Below, piece after piece: positions 36,301 to 47,300 of a DNA stretch of 64,000 nt. The stretch comes from Klebsormidium nitens (Eukaryota > Plantae > Klebsormidiophyceae), in contig DF237029.1 of the NCBI GenBank assembly GCA_000708835.1, positions 148,658 through 212,657 of the forward strand. The letters run 5' to 3'. The notes beneath the pieces are model-generated. The model searched no databases and was not told where the DNA came from. It worked only from the letters and a program-made list of their open reading frames with translations. The position numbers were made by a program, and so were the translations under genes. The first letter of the stretch is position 1. Each line of letters begins with the position of its first letter.

Positions 36301-36683
36301 TATGTTACGGAAAGACTTTGAAAGTCTTTCTGTAAAGAGCACAGAAGCAGCATCGCAACTATAGCCTGGTGGTACTATTGAGGCATGGGAGGAGGTGGAA
36401 TCTCTGCATGGGAGGAGGTGGACACGAGGTTCACCTACCATGCAACTCTCATATACGGATATCAACGCGGTTGTGTGGTTCTCACCTCCTCAGTCTTGAT
36501 GATAGTCGCTTGAAGATGTGCTCTTGCCACAAGCAAGATGACACCGCGCCAAAACTCAAAATGTGATTCGAAATTCTCGTCTTGGGTGCTGAAAGCTCTG
36601 AGCCTGGCTTGCATCCGAGTCTCATCATTCCATTCCGGCAATGACCGCTGCAGAAACTCTTCAACGCCCAGTGTGGAGGACAT
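33320..36683 (-). CDS. CHMP7: CHMP7 (ESCRT-III / Snf7-domain protein with winged-helix N-terminus), 461 aa
   Basis: Exons 36683-36486, 36254-36195, 35912-35712, 35325-35009, 34610-34442, 34064-33935, 33630-33320 (1386 nt). EFLQRSLPEWNDE..ARLRAFS..HFEFWRGVIL, FKRGGLKPLGLDQVL, GVKV, and the Snf7 coiled coil (A..A.KK.DRALGLR.LRR.KL..VTSALQAG..DSELAEIEAE). Confidence 0.85.
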
Positions 36684-37253
36684 TGCGGCTGGCAAGCCAA
36701 TGTCCTTTCGATTTGAGCTTAATCAGATTCCGACAGCTTCCGCCGAGGTCCACAAGGAGCATGAAACCACTTCTCTCCTTTCAGACCGAGGCTGGCCCCA
36801 TGTGCCTGACGCCCCAACTTCAAGCCCGTCTGTTCTGGTTTCAAAACCTCCGCCATTTTGAACCTTGCGCCATCGAAATCTGAGTCTAATTTAGCTGATC
36901 TGTCCCACAGGGCCACAATGCCACTGTATGGGCACTGCTCAGCAGCTGGTGCACTATAGTGTTTTAGGGGTTTTGGTCGGCGACATGCGACCCTTCACAT
37001 TCGCCAAAACCGCAGGCGCTCGTGAGCTGGACACTCGGACCCGGTCGCCGCGAAGTGATGCTGATTGATCTGCACATGCTGAGGCTTCGAAGCCTGAGCA
37101 CAGCACCCGCTGCAAGCTGTGCACCCAAGGCGCCTGAAGGGGGCTATTGAGATTAAAGGGGGTGCAAGAATGTCTACCAAATCGATGCCAGGTGTGCGGT
37201 GGCTTCATCAAGCTTCAAACCAGTGCTTGTAGTCAAGGCCACATTGAAGCGCC

Positions 37254-40200
37254 ATGGGCCCCTCCAAGCCTTCCATCCTTTCTGCCGCACTGCTGTCGCG
37301 GGCAACTATTGTTGTCTTCACAGTCTGCTTCCACTCGTTTGCCGACAACTATGACACCTCCTCTGAGCTTGATGCGGACTGTTTGCACACACATTCCAAT
37401 CTAAGACAGAAGTTGTGGCTCAAAAGTGGAACCTCACCAGTGACTGGCCCCCTAGACAGATACATCACATGGGACGCCGTGCACTTTGTGCGCATTGCAA
37501 AGTGTGGCTATGAGTTTGAGCAGAGCTTTGCATTCTTCCCTGCCCTCCCGCTAGTGATGCGCACACTTTCGACAACCTTTCTGTGGCCCCTTAGCGGCCT
37601 CTTGGGGGAGCGGGGGACGCTCTGGCTCTCCGGGTTGCTGCTGTCAAATTGTGCCTTTGTTGCATCAGCGGTCTTCCTACACAGGTAGGTAGGTACGAAT
37701 GCCAGACTGACTGTTGCGTGGTTCAAAGGGAAAATTAGTGTCTGGCATACCTCCAAACAGGCCCTGATCTCATAAGCCATACCACCAAATTATCGCCTCT
37801 GCTATGGTTAGCTCGAAGAGTGATACTGAGAAAGCAAGACTCTGATGTGCAGATTGGGGTTGGCCACCCTGCGCGATGAAGAGCTGGCGTATCGAGCGGC
37901 GCTCCTCTACTGCTGGAATCCAGCCTCAATCTTCTACTCCTCCGTGTATCCTCCTTTGTCACAAACTTTGTTGACGGGTCTCCTGTGTTACCACCCTAGA
38001 TCGTGTAAGCTGTCGACGTCCATCTTCTTGGATCTTTGCTGCTAGGTTGAGGACTTAGAAAAGTAGATTGCCCCGCCAACCAACTGTCAATGATTGCCTC
38101 CTTTCGGTCCTACCGGCACTAGTCAAGCTTCAATCGACATCTTTGACTGCACTTGAGCAGTTACACCGAGAGCCTCTTTGCTCTGGCGTCCTTTGCGGGG
38201 ATGCTCTACCTGGTGCAGCGCAGGAGGGCCTTGTCCCTGCTTCTCCTGGCTGCCTCAACGTCCGTCCGGTCCAACGGCATCTTGCACGCGTACTTCTTCG
38301 TTTTTGAAGCTGCGGCGACAGCTTCCGAGCACTGGAAGGAAGCACTAGAGGTACGATGTAGCCCTCTTTGCTGCAACATCCATGTGTCTCTTGGAGAATC
38401 TTCTTCGTTTTTCAGGACTGTGTTAGATCCTTACCTTGAAGTTGAGCCGTCTTCAGACTTTCTCCCTCGTCTCAAGTATAGGTAAGAAGCACTCTGCCCG
38501 TAAGTAGACGACGAGCAATCTCGTCCACAACGCGTCCTTTGTCATGAGCACGGGTCCATAACAGCTTCCTGTGACGTCACAATCCTGTCCGCAGGCCCTG
38601 TCACGGAAGAAGGAGCCCGAAGCTCCCGCTTACACTCGCACAAGCTCTGCACTCGTCTACGCCCTCTTTGCGGTGCTCAGGGGCGTGGTCTGGAGCGCGC
38701 TAGTCTGCACACCGTTTGCCCTCTTCCAAGCATACGGGTACCAGCAGGTTTGCGTGAAGGGCGACCAACGCCAGCCGTGGTGCAGTAACACCATACCGTA
38801 CATCTATGGCTACGTCCAAGACCGGTACTGGTAAGTGCCGCCAAGATCATAGCATCGCTGATGGACCCGTCAGAGTCGAGTGGTGTCGCCGGGCTGTTAC
38901 GGTGATCGTGAGAATTTTGTAAAAGACGTCAGGAAAATGATTAAGGGAAGTTGAAAGGTCTCTGGTACATGTTCATCTTTTCCATCTCCACGAACGACTT
39001 CAAGTTCGATTCCGTTTCCTCCGACCGGAAAGAAGACTAGTGACTGTTGAAGGTTTTGACGGGCCCAGATCATAAGATTCGCGGAGCTCAACAGTTGACT
39101 TGCAACACGCAACGAAGAAAGATAACGCTGCTTCTGATTGCTTCTGATTGCATCTGATTGCGTCTCCTTGCGACACATTGAGTAGGTGCGGGCCTTCGGT
39201 CGCTCTCAAATAGAACCAGTTGCATCTTAGATCCATTTTGCTGACGTACTCCTTAGCTCCATCTTGAACAACTTCGCTCAGAGTACCAACTTTAGATTCT
39301 TGTTGTTTCTCTCTACGTCCGCCCCAATCTGCCTCGACGTCTCTCCAGGAACGTGGGCTTCCTCCGCTACTTCCGCCTCCAGCAGCTGCCCAACTTCCTG
39401 CTCGCCTCGCCCATGATCGCCCTCTCCGTGGCTGCCGTTGTATCATACGCCCTCCACGACCCAGCCCGCTTCTTCCTCCTCCACCTGTGGCCCACCTATA
39501 CAAGAGAACCACCAGGCAAAGCCATTGCAAGCAGCGAAGACAAAGCGGGGGCGCCGGGAGACCCTGGCACGAAGCGGGACAGAAGTACGTCAAAAATGTC
39601 CGGTTCGCAGTTGCTGACGAAGCGGAACGGGGGAGGGGTAGAGAGCTCGCAGCCTTTTGCGGAGGCGCTTTCTGCGCTGGGGGACTGGCAGCGGCCAGTG
39701 GGGCCTGAGGCGGGCTTCTTCTCGCCGGACGTGCTGTGCTTCACGCACCAGCTGGCAATCATGGTCTGCGTTGCCACGCTCATCATGCACGTACAGGTGG
39801 GACGACCCGTTGGATGACGTCGTTGTCCTGCTTTCCTTGCGCTTTGGGATTGGATTTTGTTTGAAGAGGGAAAGGCATCCGGGCGGCATAAGATGTGCTG
39901 GAGAATTGCGTGGAAAGATCGGGTGCGATATGACTTGCTGTGGTTCGGAGGCCTCCTTAGTACTTCATTGCTCTTTAGAGAGTGGAGCTTGCGGTTCTTT
40001 GAAGTAACCCAAGACTGGAAAAGCCAATCAGAAGATGACGTGTGTGGTTTATAGTTTCAGGCCCCGACTGGTGATAGTACGACCTCCATCAGAAGAGATC
40101 TTGATGTTTTTTCTGTTGGATCACAGTCTCCAGTCAGTTCAGTCTCCGAGTTCTGACGTCTGATGGATTCCACATCTTTACTTTGTGTTCGACAAAGTCT

Positions 40201-40472
40201 CATTGGATTCTTAAGTGCGCCTTGTTCACACGTATTGTGCGACTGCGCAGGTTGCGACACGCTTTCTGTCGGCCAGCCCCGTGGTATACTGGTACGCCGC
40301 TGGTTTGTGTAGGGATCGGAAGCAGGCACGAAACCATAGCAAAGAGATAAGTAGAGGCCGAAAAGGCCTTCCGAAGGAGTTTGGCAGCATTTACCGATGG
40401 ATCTGGGGTACGTTCATCGGCTACAGTGTGATTGGAACGCTGCTCTTTACGAACTTCTATCCATTCACTTAG
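37254..40472 (+). CDS. PIGV: GPI mannosyltransferase 2 (PIG-V/GPI18), 539 aa
   Basis: Exons 37254-37684, 37853-37945, 38161-38350, 38595-38830, 39349-39796, 40251-40472 (1620 nt). Motifs WDAVHF..IA..GY.FEQSFAFFPALP, NPASIFYSSVYTESLFA, VRSNGIL, YGYVQDRYWNVGFLRYF..QQLPNFLLASP, HVQVATRFLS.SP..YW, GTLLF.NFYPFT. Confidence 0.93.
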
Positions 40473-41397
40473 CTGAAGCGGTTTGCAGGAAAAAGCGGGG
40501 CTGCGTGACACCAGAATAACGTACAACCTCCGGAGGCGTTTGATTGCCTGGAAACATGTTTATAACTCAACACTCCCGTAGTACGCTCCTGAGCAAGCAT
40601 GATGATGTGCCGCGCGAATTTCGCCGGCGGTCGCACTCAGTGCGCTCTTATATCCGTCAGTTACCGTCAGGCTTAGAGCCTACGTGTGCGCGCTAACCAC
40701 ACGCGGGAAGTGCAATATATTGTTAATAGCAGCGAATTTCGCATCCATCTCAAAACATGGGCATTATGAAGGCGACTTTAACTGACGGTATAGAGGCTCG
40801 ACGGGGTGTAGCTTACTCGTCAGGTCGTCATGCAGCATCTCGTGCAAAAGCTTAAGGCAGGCTTAAGGGCCTTTGTTTTTGGTGGCTTTGCACGCAGCAC
40901 CGTGAAATGCACGTAGCCAAGACCGTCAGACGGTTTGCGATTGACCACCCAAAAGCGTCTCGGGGTTCATGGTCTGGTATGCATTGTTCTGCGAGCACTC
41001 GTGCTTACGCTCCTCAGTCCAGCCACAAAAGGTCTTTTAGCTGAACTGCCGCATTTATTATTATGAGAGTAAACGAGCGGCCCTCGATCTGCCTTCGGAC
41101 TAGCGGCCGGTTTGACATAGCCACCCCCGTAATATGTATGCATGGAAGCAGCTACAGTCAAGTCATCGATTACAGACGATTACGCGATTGCTCAACAAAC
41201 ATAAAAGCTCATTTCCGTCGGATACACGAAGAATGGAAGCTTTGAGAAAGGAGTCGGGGCATTCTTCAGCGCGCCGGTGAGATACACGAAGTGCTCGACG
41301 GCGCGCAAGCTGGTCAAGAATCTGAATTGGAAGCCTCAAGTGCAAATTCTGTCCGCGGGTCGACATGATTTTTTGAGATGGACGGTGCTGACTTGTA

Positions 41398-43195
41398 TCA
41401 TTCTTTCGCCTTGGGCTTCCCGATTGATTTCAGGATTGCCTCCGTGGAGATCGCCAGCCCCGGGAAAAGGTCGGGCCGAGGAGCGAGCGTTTCTGCGCCG
41501 CGGAGACTCTTCGGACTTTCCTTGCGCCCCTCAATCCACGTCCTTCGGTCATAGGTGTAGAACTCTTCACCATAGGGATCGACGATCAGAACGAAAGCCG
41601 CGCCGGCCCTCAGCCAATCGTCCGCCTTGTCAAAGACAGACTGCTTCATCTGCAGAGATGCGGGTATGCAAAGCTCTCAGGCAGTACTGAATCACAGATG
41701 CCAAGACAAACAAGCGGCGTCCACCTTGTAAAATGTGTGAGTCTGCGTACGTAGAGCTTGACGATGATGCGCGAACTGGTGGAACAAGAAAGAAACCAGG
41801 AGTCCTGCCCACCCCAACTTATTACTGAGAAGAGTTGGCGGTGCGGCTGATGCAAGCGTGCCACACTCCAAAATACTGTTTAAATCTACTAAAGATGGCC
41901 TCAGGTGACAAAAAGAAAGTTTGACTACGTTCTGCGCATTAGGGCCTGATGCACAGTAAGTAAAAGATCACAAGCCTCGCTGGGTTGGGCTGACTTCGAT
42001 TGATCTGCGAAATTGCGGTTGATGCTCTCATTTCTGTGGCTCGCGCCAGAAGGCGATCACGAGGTGAGGACAGTTATCTCGTGGAGCATCAACCAACGAC
42101 AAGGCAAAAGCTCTCGAGAAGGTGTGTGCTGAAAGCTTTGCATAATCAACGGTGCGTCCAAGTATCCGCCATCAGCCTGCACTGCTGGCAGCCGCTTGAT
42201 GACGATCGCCATAGACCAGAAAGCGTGCTGATTTTGAGCTGACTTTAAGCTATTATAAAAGATTCAGCGGTGTCCACCTGGAAAGCCGATCAGAATCTAA
42301 ACTTAAAAGTACAAAACTAGTCTTTGAACAAACCGCACATGTGAACAAACGACATATCTGAACAAACCACCTGGGTGAATGAGCACCCAGGAATCCTTCG
42401 AGACGGACCCCGATGCCTAGCGGCCTTAACTTGACAGCTGGCTGCTGGACACTTCTATTAACCTTCAACACGGCAACCCGGACCGATGAACAAGCAGAGC
42501 TTGCAACAGCAACAATGCCAGTAGCATGAAGATTTCTCTTGAACTTACCGAGCTCGCGTCAGTGCTGTCAGTGCTCGGTGGAAGCATCTCGACCAGCAGA
42601 GCATTCGGGCAGCCATTAAGCTGAGGCTCCTCCCTGTTCACCACTTCTCCGAAAGAAGAGCGAGACATCAGCCATGCGGCTGGCACCAGCAAAGCCTTCT
42701 GCTCCTTTAAGTAGATGTCAGATAAGTCCTCCAGAACCTTGACCCTTTCGTACACTTCAATACTGAAGGCAGTGTCGCCCCCACCCACAAAGAAAACCTT
42801 TCTATCGGACTTTCTGATATCACTTGCCCAATTTCCGAGCTGGCGGACAATCTCACCGCCAAGAGCGCATCCTATAATGCAATCGTCACTCTGTTGCCCC
42901 GAGTTTCTAATTTGCAGCCAGGAAAATGCTCAGAGAGCACCTCGAGCTGGTATGCTGAGACGGGCTCTGCAAACTCAAGCGCCTTAATGCCATACTTTCG
43001 CAAGAGCGTGGAAGTGTTCAGCTTATTATCCTGAGTCTGGGCGACGTTCGCCTCCTCAGCGTGAGAATCAGGAAGTGCCCTCCTCTTCTGGCCCCCAGCA
43101 AAAAATTTGCACGGGCTTCTCCGCCCAATCAGGCCTTGCTTCTTGTTACGTAGGGCTTTGCATGAGACAGCGGCAAGGGAAGCAACGGCAGCCAT
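41398..43195 (-). pseudogene. Uma2/DUF820 (PD-(D/E)XK-fold putative endonuclease) family gene with a frameshift near 42875; either a pseudogene or an assembly error
   Basis: Segment 43195-42549 is 647 nt (not divisible by 3), followed by a GT-AG intron 42548-41650 and exon 41649-41398. Frame A ends ..FPGCKLETRGNRVTIAL* (TAG 42872-42874). The adjacent frame continues GGEIVRQLGNW..DTAF..PAAWL..GCPNALLVEMLPPSTD|..FDKADDWLRAGAAFVLIVDP..TLAPRPDLFPGLAIS, matching the recalled Uma2 pattern (QL.NW, TGF, PD.AW, CPDFVVE..SPSD, K..Y...G..LGWLIDP, LPG). Confidence 0.6.
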
Positions 43196-44385
43196 TTTTT
43201 TTTCTGAGGTGCCACCGTGGCGCCGTCTGCGTTCCTAGCACAGACTCGACAGAGCGCTGAACAAGCCTCAGCCTCGCGGGGCTTTCTGTATGTTGCACGA
43301 TATCAAATGACGTTACAGCCTGCATACCGGAGTCTATGCATTGCATTATTGAAAGCTGGCTTCCGAGTCTTTCTGTGCATCTTTAGGTCGGGTATATCAA
43401 TTTTCTTGATTAGGTGTTTGTTCAACTTCGGTGAAGCACCAAAACCGGCCGGGCCAGGACTTGCAAGGCGTACCCCATAAGGTGATCCCCTTCGCGCCGA
43501 ACCCCGTTAACGGCTCCAAACCCTCCTCAACCCACACGTTGGACGCAAACGTTTGGACGCGAGCGTGCAAGAAGCACATCGGGCGGACCGGACTCAGCCT
43601 GCGTCAGTTAGGGCCATTGTGCCATTCAGTTATCTCTATACCGTAGCTACCTCGATCGTACTGCATGCGCCAATTTAAGACATGCATCTTCAAAGACATA
43701 GCTATTGTAATTCTCTGCGGTCAAGTAGTACCTTAGTCGACTCTTCAAGAATGTGTTCCCCTCTCCGCTAATTTTCTTCAAGACTATATCTTCAGTATAC
43801 GAAAGTTCGATGGTTTCTCCGCTGCAAATCTGTACAACGGTTCGATAGTTCCTCCGCTGCAAATTCGTGATTCTGACATTCTCACTTTTCTGAAATTTTC
43901 CTTAGAGCGTGCTACAATACGACGGTTACTGGCATGCACATGCGCATTAATTTGAATTGGAGAGATCTGAGAACCATCTCGCATTTTAAGCACGGTCTAT
44001 TTGTCTTCAGATACGTAAGTACCCATACTCGTCTAAACATCAATTATGCAGGAGCTTTTTTTTTACCTCGTCCGCTGCAAAATGATCGAACTATCTTATC
44101 ACATCTGCCCACAACCTCTTTGTGACCCTGTACAAACTTTCCTAATTTTTACATGCTTTTGCCGAACTGACACTGGTATGTTCCTCCGATGTCGCTTTCC
44201 TATCACATAACCGTCTTCTAGTAACTACTTCAAGACTCTACAAACACACCTTCCGCTGAAGCATTATCCACAACCTTTGAACGTTTCTCAGCGTAACCCT
44301 TCTATTCGACCTCCCCCTCCTATCCTTATACGCTTTCCGCGAAGCTTCCGAACCATCTTAGCATTCCGTAACCTTTTTCTGCACA

Positions 44386-47300
44386 TCACCGCTCGGGTTG
44401 CTTCTCCCGCGGCTCGTCCAGCAGGTCGTACGTGGGCGGGATGTCGATCCCGAGCTCGCGCATGACGCCCTCCATTACTTCGTCGGTCTTGCCGAAGATG
44501 CACACCGCCGCCAGCTCATCCGCCGGCGTCTTCTGCAGGTTCACGATCACCAGCGGCTTCCGGTGCCGGACCTGCACCGGAACGGCCAATGATTGGCATG
44601 TTTTCGTTCAACCAGACGTACTGATCAGCGGGTGGTCAACACGGCGACGGGATGGTAGACTCTTGGGGCGGGTTTTGAGTCTAGGGGCTTTTGGAAACTT
44701 TCTGCTTAAGAAAGCTCCAGCCCAAATAAGATGATTGCCTGATCATGAGTTGCAAAGAAGCATGCCAGACATCCTCACTTCTTCTCAGAAGAGCCTCAAA
44801 TTTAGGAAGCCCACGATCCGTCACACTTCTGCAATTTTAAGGAAGTCTGAAAACGCAGCATAACAAAGTGAGAATTGAACCCCAAAAAACCCTGTTTCTA
44901 CGAGGCAGTATACTTTCTGGACCGCTCCGAACAGGTGCAAACCTTTTTTTAACCAGTTCATTCGAGCTCGAATCACCATCAAACGCCGGCCAATTCGAAA
45001 GCCCGACCAACTCAGATTGCGAAGTCCATTAAAGCGCATTGAAACACGCAAGTCCCAAATGTTTCCATGCGCCATGGACAAAGATCCTTGAGAGAAATGT
45101 CGACAACTTTCTTCATCCTACCCGGAATAACGAGTTCTCATCATCGTAAGCTCACGCAATGCGGATGGATGGGGTACTTCTACCGCGAAACAGAAACTTT
45201 AGAGCCGCGACGCGCTCACTACGCAGATGGATAATTCCACCATGAATGGATCTCCGAATTTACAATGCGCAAAGCTCTCACGAACAGTCCCATCATAAGC
45301 AACCTTTAGAAGCACTCACAATGCGGATGGGCAGGTCCGCCGCGGGCGAGACCCGCATGGACGTCCCCAGCACGAGGCCCAGGTCCGCCCGGTCGCTGTG
45401 CTCCATCGCCCGGTGGAGAGTCCCCGACGGCAGCGGCTCGCTGAAGTTGACGATCGTGTCGTGTAACTGATGCCCGCACTTGTCGCACCTGAGGAAAAAG
45501 CGTTTGTGCCTCTGGCGAGATGAAGAGCAGTCACAGTGCGATGGCCGAAATCAATTCAAGGGCACAGTAGGACGGGTGAAATCAGTTTGGGGGAACCTGA
45601 GAAGAGAATATAGGTGTGCGGAGCAGGTATTCTTTGGGTATAAATCTGGTTTTAGCCGAGGCGTTCAGTACTTTCATGTTTATATTCTCTTGCCGAAAGG
45701 AAACGAGACGAACAGCTTCCAAGATCGATGGCGAAGTCTTTCGCGGGACCGAACGGCTTTGACGGGCAGTCATCGTCTACAGCCATCCTGCGAGAGCTTT
45801 TGTGAGATTGAAAAGGCGGTGAAAAAAAATCTCAAAAATCTGTTTGTGCCATGAAAGGAGTACCGTGCGACAAAGCGGCTTCAGTACCGAAGCTTCGAGC
45901 GCGGCAGCTAATGCTGCGTTCGACTCTCCTCGGATCATCTCAGGAGATCTGACAACCAATCGAAAGACGTATGACGATGTTAAAACGGGTGCAACTGATT
46001 TTCTCAAAGCCACCAACTCGGTCACCCTCAGGCAAAACATCGTGTTCTGACATCGTGTTCTGGAAACGTAGAATCCAGAATAGGAAACTTCAGAATCCTC
46101 ACTTGCGGCTGGTGCGGTGGTCCAGCACGTCGCGCGCCTCGCGCGTGGAGAAGGGGCGCCAGTACTCGCGGCCGCAGTTGCGGCAGATCTCCATGTTCGT
46201 GTTGCCGTGCAGCTCCGCCAGCTTGCTCTTCGCGATGCCCGACCTGCGCGCGCGCACGTGTGTCACGACAATCAGGAGAGAGAACAGGAGCTTATTCGCT
46301 TGTATTGCCTGTATTGCTTGCTGCACCTTTTCCTGATCGACTCGTCGCGTACGAGTCGATCCGTGGAGGGACTGTTGTCTCCGTGATTTGAGTTGCACCC
46401 TGATGCAGTGCCTGGAACCGCATCTCAACACTGGAGCGCAAGAAGACTTGAGGAAACACATGGATCGGCTCAACAACCTCTCTTCTTCGGAGCGAAAGGC
46501 GGCAACCGGTTGGGATCCTTCACAACAGATGTTTGCAGTCACCACGATTCGCTGATCATGATTTTGCGTCGTCTCTATCCCCGCAACCGTCTTCACACTT
46601 AAATGTTATAATCGATGAGACTTCCGTCGGCCCTAGAAACGTACGATCCTTGCAGCCTCTCCCTTCTCAGAGGCAGCCAACTAGAGTACGAGCCCCGTCG
46701 CAACCTTGCGGCTTTGCTTCCTGATTGCAGTGATTCCCAGACTGTTCGAAACGAAAGAGAAACTTCATCAGATTCGACATCCATGCGTCTCTTCTCGTTC
46801 GCGAGAAACCTCTTCGAAGTTGCCACCGACTAATTGAAATCGACGAAAGTGAGAGGAGCTTGTCCGTAACGTCCTTTAAAAACAAAGATCAATCAAATGG
46901 GCCGGACCAGAATCTCCCTTGCAAATCGGCCGCAGCCTTTCTCTGGTAAAACGTACCGGGTTCCAAGTGAGCCCCACCTGCGGTGCATACCGTCCGTGTT
47001 CTGGCTGACCACGTACTTCAGCTTCCCCCGGTTCTGCAGCTCCGCCAGGGCCATGTGCGTCAGGGACGGCCGGGGGCGGCCCGCCCGGGGGGCACGCGAC
47101 GCGGACAGGCCCTTGGCGCGGAGGGTCCAGACGCCCTGGCGGTGGGAGAAATAGGGGTTAAGAAAACGGGTTAGCTGTATTTTTGCATGGCGATTGGGTC
47201 CCTTGATATATGGAGTGCGAAAGCAACGGCCCCGGGAGACAATGTCTCAATATCGGAAAGATCCTGTTGGCCCAGCGGCCGATCCGCTGAACGGTCCAAG

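Noticed and set aside
39131-39165. 10-bp repeat (cttctgattg x3) in PIG-V intron 4; similar 9-bp repeat near 34315-34345
   Set aside because: Very short slippage repeats far from splice sites, with no evidence of function.
41398-43195. Bacterial contamination as the source of the Uma2-like sequence
   Set aside because: The gene contains a canonical GT-AG intron in phase and is contiguous with eukaryotic genes without a gap.
46400-46412. 13-nt microexon in the sirtuin gene
   Set aside because: Exon 47135-46978 itself continues through GMHRR to a donor (AG|gtgggg) that joins 46243 in phase, so no microexon is needed.
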